From: an uncultured Gammaproteobacteria bacterium
GTDB lineage: Bacteria > Pseudomonadota > Gammaproteobacteria > Steroidobacterales > Steroidobacteraceae
Direction of reading: 5' to 3'
Assembly: GCA_963837755.1 (NCBI GenBank)
Contig: CAWIOP010000003.1
Location: 659,705-723,704 of the forward strand
Length of the DNA stretch: 64,000 nucleotides
Shown here one piece after another: positions 1 to 8,884 of this stretch (its first letter is position 1; the number at the start of each line of letters is the position of its first letter). The translations under genes and the position numbers were made by a program. The notes under the pieces were generated by a model. It did no database searches. It worked only from the letters and a program-made list of their open reading frames with translations, and was not told the origin of the DNA.

Positions 1-582
1 GGTGCCGGGATCGGCACCGCGCATTTCGATCAGGTGCTGAATGCCGTGATGCTGCTGTCATACGTGGCGTTGAAGCAGGGCGATGCGGTCGGCGCGATGA
101 CGTTCGGCACGCCGGCGGGCGAAGAGCGCTCGTTCGCTCCGCGCAAGGGCGCGCAAGCACTCGACGCTTTGATGAGCGAGCTATACGGCGTGCAGCCAAC
201 GCCCACGCACTCCGACTACGTGGCTGCGGCACAAACGCTGCTGCGGCGTTACCCGAAGCGTGCGCTGGTCATCGTCATCACGAACTTTCGCGACGAGGAC
301 AGCAGCGAGCTGGGGCAAGCGTTGCGCCTGTTGCGTTCGCGTCACCTCGTCCTGCTGGCGAGCTTGCGTGAACGAGTGGTTGGCGAGTTGATCTCGCAGC
401 CGCTGGTTTCAGGCGATGCCGTGCTGGATGTCGCCAGCGCGCATCTGTACGAGCAGTCGCGCCGCGATGCCTTCATCCGGCTGTCTGCGCGCGATGCGCT
501 GATGGTGGATGCGGAGCCTGAACGGCTCGGCATCGAGCTCGTGAATCGCTATCATGCCGTGAAGCGCGCCGGGCTGATCTGA
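1..582 (+). CDS. DUF58 (vWA-like, MoxR-associated) protein, C-terminal part; 5' end lies outside the window
   Basis: The frame of ORF 34..582 is open from base 1. The C-terminal vWA-like segment (ALVIVITNFRDEDS, LVLLASLRE) resembles DUF58 proteins. Confidence 0.65.
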   Translation, partial: GAGIGTAHFDQVLNAVMLLSYVALKQGDAVGAMTFGTPAGEERSFAPRKGAQALDALMSELYGVQPTPTHSDYVAAAQTLLRRYPKRALVIVITNFRDEDSSELGQALRLLRSRHLVLLASLRERVVGELISQPLVSGDAVLDVASAHLYEQSRRDAFIRLSARDALMVDAEPERLGIELVNRYHAVKRAGLI

Positions 583-768
583 GCTTGACCCTGATGGTTT
601 TCTGGCCGTATTTCCTGGCCGTATTTCAAAAAATAAACTTCCCTGGCGCTGTCGGCAACCCGCTGGCGCGGGCGTCCTTGGCGACGAGTGGCCTGCAAGG
701 CTACGTCCCATTCAACGCCCCGTCGGTGCCTTTCGGCAGGGGCGCGTACAGACATAAGGAGACGCTCG

Positions 769-1461
769 ATGAACCGGTTCTTCACCGCCTGTGCCCTGGC
801 GACCCTCGTGCTGGCTGCCGCGAACGGCCTTGCCGCCGGGAATTCCGGGCAGCCGGCCGCCGTGCCCGCCGCATCCACGGCCCCCGTCCTCGCGGGCGCT
901 TACACGCTCGACAAGGCCCACGCCAGCCTGTTGTTCCGGGTGAGCCATCTCGGCTTTTCTCACTACACCGGGCGGTTCACACGGTTCGACGCGCAGCTGC
1001 AGTTCGACCCGTCGAACCTGCCCGCGTCGAGCGTGAATGTGACCATCGATCCGCGCTCCATCGACGCCGACGGCGCGCCGGCCGGCTTCATGGCAACGCT
1101 GGCCGGCCCTGAATGGCTCGACGCCGGTCGGTTTCCGCAGATGACGTATCGCTCCACCAAGGTGGAGCGCACCGGCACGAACGGCCTGCGCATCGGTGGC
1201 GAGCTCACGCTGCACGGCGTGAAGCGGCCGGTGACGCTGAGCGCTACGTACAATGGCGGGTACGCGGGCCATCCGTTCGATCCGCGCGCCCGCGTCGGTT
1301 TCTCGGCGAAGGGCACGCTCAAGCGGTCCGAGTTCGGCATCGCGTTCGGCATTCCCGCCCCGGGCACCACGATGGGCGTGGGTGACGACGTCGAGATCAT
1401 CATCGAAGCGGAATTCCAGGGTCCGCCCGCGCCGGCCGCCGGCGGCGACCCGACAAAGTGA
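769..1461 (+). CDS. YceI-family periplasmic polyisoprenoid-binding protein
   Basis: ATG 769 is preceded by AAGGAGA (756-762). Signal peptide MNRFFTACALATLVLAAANGLAAG. YceI-like motifs YTLDKAHASLLFRVSHLGFS and GELTLHGV. Confidence 0.85.
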   Translation: MNRFFTACALATLVLAAANGLAAGNSGQPAAVPAASTAPVLAGAYTLDKAHASLLFRVSHLGFSHYTGRFTRFDAQLQFDPSNLPASSVNVTIDPRSIDADGAPAGFMATLAGPEWLDAGRFPQMTYRSTKVERTGTNGLRIGGELTLHGVKRPVTLSATYNGGYAGHPFDPRARVGFSAKGTLKRSEFGIAFGIPAPGTTMGVGDDVEIIIEAEFQGPPAPAAGGDPTK

Positions 1462-1478
1462 AGCGTAGGAAATAACCC

Positions 1479-2921
1479 ATGCTCGAAGGGCGTAAGCGTT
1501 GGTGGGCACTCATCGTCCTGTGCCTCGGCGTGCTCATGATCGTGCTCGACACCACCATCGTGAACGTGGCCCTGCCGTCCATCCGCACGGATCTGCGCTT
1601 CACCGAGACGTCGCTCGTGTGGGTCGTGAACGCTTACATGCTCACGTTCGGCGGCTTCCTGCTGCTGGGCGGGCGCCTGGGCGATCTGTATGGCCACCGC
1701 AAGCTGTTCCTGCTGGGCATTACGCTCTTTACGATCGCGTCGCTGGCGTGCGGGCTTGCGAACACGCAGGCACTGCTGATCACGGCGCGAGCCGTCCAGG
1801 GCCTGGGTGGAGCGGTGGTGTCGGCGGTTTCGCTCTCGCTGATCATGAACATGTTCACGGAAGCGGGAGAACGCGCGAAGGCGATGGGCGTGTATGGTTT
1901 CGTGTGCGCGGCAGGCGGCAGTGTGGGCCTGCTTCTCGGCGGCGTGCTCACGAGCGCACTCAACTGGCACTGGATCTTCCTCGTGAACCTTCCCATCGGC
2001 ATCGCGGTGTATGCGCTGTGCATGGCGCTGCTGCCGGTGTCGCGCGTCGAAGGCACGCATCACGAGCTCGATGTCGCGGGGGCCATCACCGTGACGGCGT
2101 CGCTGATGCTTGCCGTCTATGCGGTGGTCAACGGCAATGAAGCGGGGTGGGGCTCCGCGGAAACACTCGGCCTGCTGGCGGGCGCCGTGGTGCTGCTCAT
2201 TACGTTCATCGTCATCGAGGCGCGCGTGCGAACGCCGCTCATGCCGTTGGGGCTATTCCGCCTGCGCAATCTCACCACGGCCAACATCATCGGAGTGCTG
2301 TGGGCTGCAGCCATGTTCGCGTGGTTCTTCATCACCACGCTGTATTTGCAGGCGGTGCTCGGGTTCACGCCGCTGCAGATCGGGCTCACGTTCCTGCCGG
2401 CCAATATCATCATGGCGGCATTCTCGCTCGGGTTGTCGGCGAAGATTGTCATGCGCTTTGGCATTCGTCGTCCGCTCGGGCTCGGCCTGCTGTTTGGTGC
2501 CGCAGGACTTGCGTTCCTGGCGCGTGCGCCGGTGGATGCGAACGTCGCAGTGGACGTATTGCCGTCGATGATCCTGCTCGGCCTTGCCGCCGGCATCGCG
2601 TTCAATCCACTGCTGCTCGCGGCCATGAACGACGTGAAGCCCACTGAATCCGGCCTTGCATCCGGAGTCGTCAACACGGCGTTCATGATGGGCGGCTCGC
2701 TTGGGCTCGCCGTGCTGGCGAGCCTTGCGGCGGGCCGTACGCAGCACCTGCTCGCGTCGGGCACGGCCATGCGCCAGGCGCTGAATGGCGGGTATCACGC
2801 CGCGTTCGTCGTCGGTGCCATTTTCGCTGGCATCTCGGCGTTGCTGGGCGTGGCTTTGGTTCGAGTAAACGTGCACGCGCAATCGCAGGCCGGCGCAGCC
2901 GCTGAAGCCGCCATTCACTAG
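1479..2921 (+). CDS. MFS drug:H+ antiporter, DHA2 (EmrB/QacA) type
   Basis: 480 aa and hydrophobic throughout (about 14 TM segments). Motifs LDTTIVNVALPSI and GGRLGDLYGHRK are typical of DHA2 MFS transporters. Confidence 0.85.
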   Translation: MLEGRKRWWALIVLCLGVLMIVLDTTIVNVALPSIRTDLRFTETSLVWVVNAYMLTFGGFLLLGGRLGDLYGHRKLFLLGITLFTIASLACGLANTQALLITARAVQGLGGAVVSAVSLSLIMNMFTEAGERAKAMGVYGFVCAAGGSVGLLLGGVLTSALNWHWIFLVNLPIGIAVYALCMALLPVSRVEGTHHELDVAGAITVTASLMLAVYAVVNGNEAGWGSAETLGLLAGAVVLLITFIVIEARVRTPLMPLGLFRLRNLTTANIIGVLWAAAMFAWFFITTLYLQAVLGFTPLQIGLTFLPANIIMAAFSLGLSAKIVMRFGIRRPLGLGLLFGAAGLAFLARAPVDANVAVDVLPSMILLGLAAGIAFNPLLLAAMNDVKPTESGLASGVVNTAFMMGGSLGLAVLASLAAGRTQHLLASGTAMRQALNGGYHAAFVVGAIFAGISALLGVALVRVNVHAQSQAGAAAEAAIH

Positions 2922-2939
2922 TACCTGGCTGACGTGAAG

Positions 2940-2980
2940 GGTTGAATCAGCGCTGCCTGGCCCTGGCAGCGCGCTCAACC
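2940..2980 (+). terminator. Terminator-like compound hairpin downstream of the MFS gene
   Basis: GGTTGA..GCGCTGCC-tggccct-GGCAGCGC..TCAACC, followed by TTCGG. There is no long U tract. Confidence 0.4.
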
Positions 2981-3111
2981 TTCGGCGACAGCCTGTGCGC
3001 TGCCCGGCTCGGGCCCTGGTTTACGCGCAACGCGAGGAACCTTCGACGCCCTGCGCGATTGTCATTAGCGCTCCACTTCAATGTTTCGCTGTTTTTCCGG
3101 AGGATCATGTT

Positions 3112-3480
3112 ATGGCGACAGTAACGGGTCACACCTCTGCCATCCGCGCCAAGCGGGTGATCGGCACGCACGTGAAAGACACGTCGGGCCGCAAGATCGG
3201 AGAGATCGAAGACGTGGTGCTCGACAAGCAATCGAACAACATCATGTTCGCCGTGGTGGGCTTCGGCGGCTTCCTCGGCATGGCCGAGAAGTACCACCCC
3301 ATTCCGTGGGCCTCGCTCGACTACGACCCGGCCGAGAGCTCATACGTGGTGAATTTCACGAAGGAGCAATTGCAGGCCGCGCCCGCCGGCTCGATCGACG
3401 AGCTCACGCGTGGGGATGGTCTTGCTTTCCGCGAGCGCGCCCATGAGTTCTACCAGGCGCCGCGTTACTGGGATCAGTAG
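3112..3480 (+). CDS. PRC-barrel domain protein
   Basis: ATG 3112 follows GGAGGA. GRKIGEIEDVVLDKQSNNIMFAVVGFGGFLGMAEKYHPIPW is a typical PRC-barrel core. Confidence 0.8.
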   Translation: MATVTGHTSAIRAKRVIGTHVKDTSGRKIGEIEDVVLDKQSNNIMFAVVGFGGFLGMAEKYHPIPWASLDYDPAESSYVVNFTKEQLQAAPAGSIDELTRGDGLAFRERAHEFYQAPRYWDQ

Positions 3481-3492
3481 CAGGAGTGCGTG

Positions 3493-3518
3493 AGGAGAGC
3501 CGCTGAAGCGGCTCTCCT
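3493..3518 (+). terminator. Perfect 11-bp stem hairpin after the PRC-barrel gene
   Basis: AGGAGAGCCGC-tgaa-GCGGCTCTCCT lies 13 nt after the stop codon. There is no U tract, so termination is inferred only. Confidence 0.45.
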
Positions 3519-4116
3519 GCCCCTGCCTGTTCAGGCGCTTTCCGGGGGATGCGCGGCCGCGCTAATCCGTCGCCCGACGCCCACCCTGCCGGCGGCGTTC
3601 CTTGCGAGCTGGACACAATTGCGTGCTCTGAGGATCGCGGCGGTCTCGCACGCGGCGGTCGTCGTACGTCTCAAAGCGACAAGTACAACTCATTGGCCAC
3701 GTGCACATCGGCAGCGGGAGCGTGGGTGCCTCCCCGACGAGGAACCGCGTGTGACGTATCGCAATGGCCGCGGGGCATGAGGCGGCGTTCGGCACGACGG
3801 AGACCGCGCGGAAGGGACAAGCTTCAGCCGATCCATTGGGTGCCGTCTCCGGCGTGCGCCACAGCCGGACCCATATCTTTTCCAATAAATGTTCCACGCG
3901 AGCCCTCGATGCATCCCACCTGATACGAGGCTACAGGATGTCGCATGAGCAAGTTTCCACGCCACTCCCGTCCGGTGGCTGACGTTGTAGGCCACGTCTT
4001 ACATGCGCGCCGTTGACCAGTTCGCCAGGTGGCAATGGTTTTCAGCACATTGAAGGCTGGCCGCGTCGCGCCGCCACGGGCTAAGCTTCGCGCGATGAGT
4101 CGCAAGGAGAGTTTTC

Positions 4117-4266
4117 ATGGCTGTCGAAACGCGTCCCCCACTGCCCCCGTTCACGCAGGAAACCGCAAGCATCAAAGTGCGCGGGGCCGTCTTACCGACC
4201 TCGGCCTGTAAGGCACCACCCCTTCAGCCATTGCCGGCCGGCTATTTATTCCGTATTCTGGAATAA
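4117..4266 (+). pseudogene. Truncated remnant of a DUF1348 (SnoaL-like) gene
   Basis: AGGAGA plus ATG 4117. The first 23 aa (MAVETRPPLPPFTQETASIKVRG) match the conserved N-terminus of DUF1348 proteins. The rest (AVLPTSACKAPPLQ...) is unrelated, and the ORF stops at TAA directly before the padR ATG. Confidence 0.5.
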
Positions 4267-4268
4267 AT
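4244..4268. promoter_or_regulatory. AT-rich palindrome overlapping the PadR start codon (candidate PadR operator)
   Basis: ATTTATTCC-gtattct-GGAATAAAT has 9-bp perfect arms. It is the most AT-rich spot in this part of a GC-rich window. The right arm includes the AT of ATG 4267. Confidence 0.5.
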
Positions 4269-4602
4269 GAGAAAAGACGCCCTTCTCGGCCAGTCGGAGC
4301 TGCTGGTGATGCTCGCCGTCCTGCGCCTGGGGCGCGAAGCCTATGGGGTGCCCATCTCCCGGGAAATCTCGAAACAGGCCGGGCGCAATGTCGCGGTTGC
4401 GGGTATCTACTCCACGCTGGAACGGCTGGAAGACAAAGGCCTCATCAAGGCCAGCGTGCGCGAACCCACCGCGGTACGCGGTGGCCGCGCGAAGACCTGC
4501 TTCCAACTAACGGCTGAGGGACTGCGCAAAGTGCGCAGCTCCCAGCGCACGCTGGAGCGATTCTGGAGCGGCATTCGAGAGCTCGAGGCCCTGAAGCGAT
4601 GA
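4267..4602 (+). CDS. PadR-family transcriptional regulator
   Basis: 111 aa. The winged-HTH pattern LLVMLAVLRLGREAYGVPISREI...GIYSTLERLEDKGLI is typical of PadR. Confidence 0.85.
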   Translation: MRKDALLGQSELLVMLAVLRLGREAYGVPISREISKQAGRNVAVAGIYSTLERLEDKGLIKASVREPTAVRGGRAKTCFQLTAEGLRKVRSSQRTLERFWSGIRELEALKR

Positions 4603-4791
4603 ACGCTCGCCGACCGCGGGCGCTTGCTTAGGTGGGGACGCTGGCGTTGCAGGCGCGGGCCGGCACGCGATTCTTCCCCTACGCGCTCGCGGGCGTGGGC
4701 TACGCGGGAAACGCGTCACGCGGCTCGCCGGCCAATCCTGTATCTTTCTCGCCTACATGACGAGAGAGGCGCAGATGGGCGGAGAGCGGCG

Positions 4792-5319
4792 ATGACGGTG
4801 CTGGTCGTCACGGGAGTCTCGGGCTCCGGCAAGACCACCATCGGCCAGGCGCTGTCGCGACGCCTCGGCTATGAGTTCGTCGAAGGTGACGAGTTTCACA
4901 CTCGCGCCAACCGCGTGAAGATGCACACCGGCATCGCGCTCACGGACATTGACCGACAGCCCTGGCTTGAAGCGCTGCGCTCCCGAATTGCCGCGCTCAT
5001 GGCACGGCAGGGTAATGCAGTGATCGCGTGCTCTGCGCTCAAGCGAGCGTATCGCGATGTGCTCCGTCGGGACGACGTGCTGTTCGTTTATCTGAAAGTC
5101 AGCCCCGACGTCGTGCGCAGCCGCCTCGCCCGGCGCAAGGGTCACTTCTTCAACCCGGCATTGCTGGAATCGCAGATCGCCACGCTTGAAGAACCGCGCG
5201 ACGCCATCGTCGTGGATGCGGACCGATCGGATCTCCAGGTCGTCAACGACATCGTCCGCCGGCTCGAGCAGTCGAGTGTGACGAGCCTCGCCAACCGACG
5301 GGCTGTGGCGAAGACCTAG
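4792..5319 (+). CDS. gntK: Gluconokinase (GntK/IdnK family)
   Basis: P-loop GVSGSGKTT, DEFH, and ACSALKRAYRD as in GntK. The ATG 4792 start was chosen inside the longer ORF 4624..5319. Confidence 0.75.
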   Translation: MTVLVVTGVSGSGKTTIGQALSRRLGYEFVEGDEFHTRANRVKMHTGIALTDIDRQPWLEALRSRIAALMARQGNAVIACSALKRAYRDVLRRDDVLFVYLKVSPDVVRSRLARRKGHFFNPALLESQIATLEEPRDAIVVDADRSDLQVVNDIVRRLEQSSVTSLANRRAVAKT

Positions 5320-5609
5320 CTAGAGACTCGACCAGGCATCGTGATCGCCTGGCTCGCGCTATCGCTCGTAGTGGAGCGTCTCGTGTCTCGCCCCTCGCGC
5401 TGAAGCCCATCACGTTGCGGCGCGAAATCACGCAGTCGCACAAATCCATCCACTCGCCGCGTGCCAGACCTGGATTTCACGCGCACTGTCTCATCGCTGC
5501 CACGCTCGATAAATTCGTTCGCCACTCCCCGCGTCGAGGTGCATGCTTTGCCGTTGTGTGCACGCATACGGTATGGGATGCAACAGTAACTAACCTGGGG
5601 AGAAGCTCT

Positions 5610-8225
5610 ATGAAGAAAGGATATTTTCGGAGTTCGACCACTCGTTTTGCGATCGGCGCTGCTGTAGCGGCCCTGCCACTCGGCAGCGCGGTTGCCGCGG
5701 ACGAACCGCAGGAAGTCATCATTACCGGCTCGCGCATTTCGCGCGCATCAGACTTCGAAAGTCCCTCGCCGGTGGTCACCGTGGGGCATGAGGCGATCGA
5801 GAAGTCCGGCTACAACAATTTGCAGCAGTTGATGGAAAGAATTCCGATCAACGGTAACGGCGCCTTCTCAACGCGCGGCAACAACCAGGACTCCACCGCC
5901 AACGGCGCAGCTTCGATCAGCCTGCGCGGGCTTGGCGCAGACGCCACGCTCGTGCTCGTGAATGGGCGGCGCGTCGCGGTGAGCCCGTTCGCGGAAAGCG
6001 TCACCACCAATTTCGTCGACATCAACTCCATCCCGGTGGCGGCGATCGATCGGGTGGAGGTGCTGAAGGATGGCTCGTCGGCCGTGTACGGCTCGGATGC
6101 CGTGGCCGGCGTCATCAACATCGTGCTGCGCAGGGACTTCACGGGCTTCGAGGCCTCGGTGGGCTACGGCAGCGTCGCCGATGGCCCGTATGACGAGCGA
6201 ACGGCATCAGCGATCTGGGGCACGGGCGACGACGACTCGAATGTCACGCTGATCTTCGACTACTTCAAGAACACCACGCTGTTCAATACAGATCGCGGCG
6301 GGGCGGGCTCGTCGAACCAGACGGCCAGAGGCGGCCAGGACTTTCGTTCGTCGCGCGGCTACCCCGGCCGTTTCACCGTGGATGGCGTTACGCGGCGCGA
6401 CCCGGCGTGCCCTTCTGACAGCATCGCGGGCGAGACCTGTCTTTACGACTTCGGTGTGTGGAATCTTCTGATTCCGGAAGCCGAACGCACCGGGCTCATG
6501 CTGCTGGCGCACCAGGATGTGGGCGGAGGCATTGAGTTCTTCACGGAAATCGCAGCTCAGCACAACACGTCCGTCGCGCAGGGCGCGCCGACTCCGCTGG
6601 ATGAGACGGCGAACATGACTGTGCCCGCCAATCATCCGAACAATCCGTTTCCGGGTGCAACCACAATCGGCATCGGCCGCTATCGCACGGTGGATGCCGG
6701 CCCTCGCCAATGGGACATCGAGACAGATAATCTGCGCGGCGTGCTGGGGCTGCGCGGTTCGCTGGGTCAATGGAAGTGGGAAGTGGCGGCGCAGAGGGCG
6801 CGCAGCGAATCCGACCAGACCGGCGATCGCTCGCAGGGCTGGGTTCGCACCGACTTCCTGCAGAACGAGATCAACGCCGGGCGCTACAACCCCTTCGGCG
6901 GCGTGCAGAACCCGCAGTCCGTCATCGACGCGATCACCACGAGCCTCGTGCGTCGGGGCCGCTCGCAGCTCAAGATGTACGACGCGCAGATCTCCGGCGA
7001 TCTGTTCCAGATGCCCGCCGGTCCAGTTCGCATGGCCGCCGGCGCCGAGTATCGGGAAGAAAGTGTTCGCGACACACCGGATGACCAGTTCCAGCGTGGG
7101 CTGATCTTCGGAACGGAAGCCATCGCCGCGGCCGCCTCGCGTGACAACAAAGCGGCTTTCGTGGAGCTCTCGGTGCCGTTGCTCAAGGGCCTCGAGCTGT
7201 CACTGGCCGGCCGCTATGACGACTACAGCGACTCCGGCAACTCCACCAACCCCAAGGTCGCGTTGCGCTGGTCGCCCATCGAGAGCCTGGCGTTGCGGGC
7301 GTCGTGGGGCACAGGCTTCCGCGCGCCTTCGCTGGCGCAGATTGGCCTTGGGCCGTCGCAGGAGTCGCAGTTCTTCACCGACTCGTTCGGATGCGCCGAT
7401 AACCCGGTGTACTGCGCGCCGACGGACTACAACCTCATCTTCGCGGGTAACCCGAACCTGAAGCCCGAGGAGTCCGAGACCCGCAACCTGGGCGTGGCGT
7501 GGAAACCGGCGACGCAGATCGAGCTCACCCTCGACTACTGGGACGTGAAGCAGGAGCAGAAGATTGACGAGGTGCCGTTTGGCTTCCTCTATTCGCAGTT
7601 CTGCGGCGTACAGGGCAGCACGGTGTGTATTCGCGGCACGCCATTGCCGGGCGACACGCTGGGGCCGCTACAGTTCATCAATACCGGGTTCATCAACATT
7701 GGTGAGCAGTCGGCGAATGGCATCGACCTGGGCGGCTATTTCGCGCGCGATCTCACGGGTGGCACGCTGACGCTCGGCCTTTCGTACTCGCACCTGCTGG
7801 AGTTCGAGCGAGTGGAGCTGAACTCGGCTGGCACGGCCTTCGTCACGAGGGATCTCACAAGCGAGTACGAATACCCGGAAGATCGCGCGACGCTCTCGGC
7901 CGACTGGGGCAATGAGCGCTGGGGCGTCTACGCGAATCTTGCGTACATCGGGTCGTTCGAAGACACGCCGGACATCGACTTCGATGGCACGCTCGACTAC
8001 GACACGAACACGTCGCGGAAAGTGGGCTCGTTCACCACGCTGAACCTGCAGGCGCGTTACACGGGCATCAAGAACGTGAAGCTGCTGCTCGGATTGGACA
8101 ACGCTTTCGATGAAGACCCGCCGTTCGCCATTGGCGATGGCGACACCGATCTCTACGGCTACGTGCAGAGCCAGCACAGCCCGCGCGGGCGGCTCTGGAA
8201 TGCGAAGGCGGTGTTTACGTTCTGA
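5610..8225 (+). CDS. TonB-dependent outer-membrane receptor
   Basis: Signal peptide after ATG 5610. Plug motifs (VIITGSRIS, ISLRGLGADATLVLVNGRR, IDRVEVLKDGSSAVYGSDA). Long beta-barrel ending ...NAKAVFTF. Confidence 0.9.
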   Translation: MKKGYFRSSTTRFAIGAAVAALPLGSAVAADEPQEVIITGSRISRASDFESPSPVVTVGHEAIEKSGYNNLQQLMERIPINGNGAFSTRGNNQDSTANGAASISLRGLGADATLVLVNGRRVAVSPFAESVTTNFVDINSIPVAAIDRVEVLKDGSSAVYGSDAVAGVINIVLRRDFTGFEASVGYGSVADGPYDERTASAIWGTGDDDSNVTLIFDYFKNTTLFNTDRGGAGSSNQTARGGQDFRSSRGYPGRFTVDGVTRRDPACPSDSIAGETCLYDFGVWNLLIPEAERTGLMLLAHQDVGGGIEFFTEIAAQHNTSVAQGAPTPLDETANMTVPANHPNNPFPGATTIGIGRYRTVDAGPRQWDIETDNLRGVLGLRGSLGQWKWEVAAQRARSESDQTGDRSQGWVRTDFLQNEINAGRYNPFGGVQNPQSVIDAITTSLVRRGRSQLKMYDAQISGDLFQMPAGPVRMAAGAEYREESVRDTPDDQFQRGLIFGTEAIAAAASRDNKAAFVELSVPLLKGLELSLAGRYDDYSDSGNSTNPKVALRWSPIESLALRASWGTGFRAPSLAQIGLGPSQESQFFTDSFGCADNPVYCAPTDYNLIFAGNPNLKPEESETRNLGVAWKPATQIELTLDYWDVKQEQKIDEVPFGFLYSQFCGVQGSTVCIRGTPLPGDTLGPLQFINTGFINIGEQSANGIDLGGYFARDLTGGTLTLGLSYSHLLEFERVELNSAGTAFVTRDLTSEYEYPEDRATLSADWGNERWGVYANLAYIGSFEDTPDIDFDGTLDYDTNTSRKVGSFTTLNLQARYTGIKNVKLLLGLDNAFDEDPPFAIGDGDTDLYGYVQSQHSPRGRLWNAKAVFTF

Positions 8226-8244
8226 GGTTGCGAGCCTCGTAAGC

Positions 8245-8269
8245 GGGGCGCCGGTGCGGCGCCCCGTTT
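8245..8269. terminator. Bidirectional terminator-like hairpin between the TBDR gene and the Sel1 gene
   Basis: GGGGCGCC-ggtgc-GGCGCCCC followed by GTTT, located between convergent stop codons (8225 and 8279). Confidence 0.55.
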
Positions 8270-8278
8270 CCGCAGCCG

Positions 8279-8833
8279 CTACCTGGACTTCGCTTTCGCC
8301 GGGTTTCTCTGCTCTTCGAGCACAGCGCTCAGCGCGGCCCGCTGTTCCGCGGCGCGATCTCTGGCCTCGCCCGGCGGATACGCTGCGACGGCGCGGTCGA
8401 ACAGCTCGAGCGCCTTGTCCGGGTCGCGCTCGACGCCGTCGCCCACGAGGTAGAGCCGCGCCAGCGCATTCAGCGCGTCAGGCTGATTCTTGGCCGCGGC
8501 GGCCTCGAACAGCTTGAGCGCCTCCGGAAGGCTCTTTCTCGCGCCATCGCCCACCGAGTACATCGCGCCGGCGTAGTACAGGGCATCCGCATCGCCGGCC
8601 TTGCCGGCGGCCAGGAAGTGATCGAGCGCCTTGGGGTAATCGGCCTTGCTGTACGCGTCCTGGGCGATCTGCATGTCGGTAACCGGGCGGGTCTGGTTCT
8701 CGGGAACGAGCTGTCTTGCGGCCCGGCGAGCGGCGATAGCGGCCTCGTCGCGGCTGCAGCCGGTGAGCGCAAGCCCGGTGAGCGAAAGCAAAGTGCACAG
8801 GACGATCGGAGCTGTGGTGCGGAGTGTTTGCAT
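8279..8833 (-). CDS. Sel1/TPR-repeat lipoprotein
   Basis: Lipobox LTGC after MQTLRTTAPIVLCTLLSLTG. Sel1-like repeats (AGDADALYYAGAMYSVGDG, QPDALNALARLYLVGDG). Confidence 0.8.
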   Translation of the reverse strand: MQTLRTTAPIVLCTLLSLTGLALTGCSRDEAAIAARRAARQLVPENQTRPVTDMQIAQDAYSKADYPKALDHFLAAGKAGDADALYYAGAMYSVGDGARKSLPEALKLFEAAAAKNQPDALNALARLYLVGDGVERDPDKALELFDRAVAAYPPGEARDRAAEQRAALSAVLEEQRNPAKAKSR

Positions 8834-8884
8834 GGCGCGCACGCTAACTCCGCGACGCAGGCCTCGCAAGCGTTGCCGGATTTC

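Noticed and set aside
5320-5609. A possible riboswitch (cobalamin or TPP) or Fur box upstream of the TonB-dependent receptor.
   Set aside because: I found no B12-box (GCCACTG context), TPP core or good Fur-box match. Only a fortuitous GCCACTC is present.
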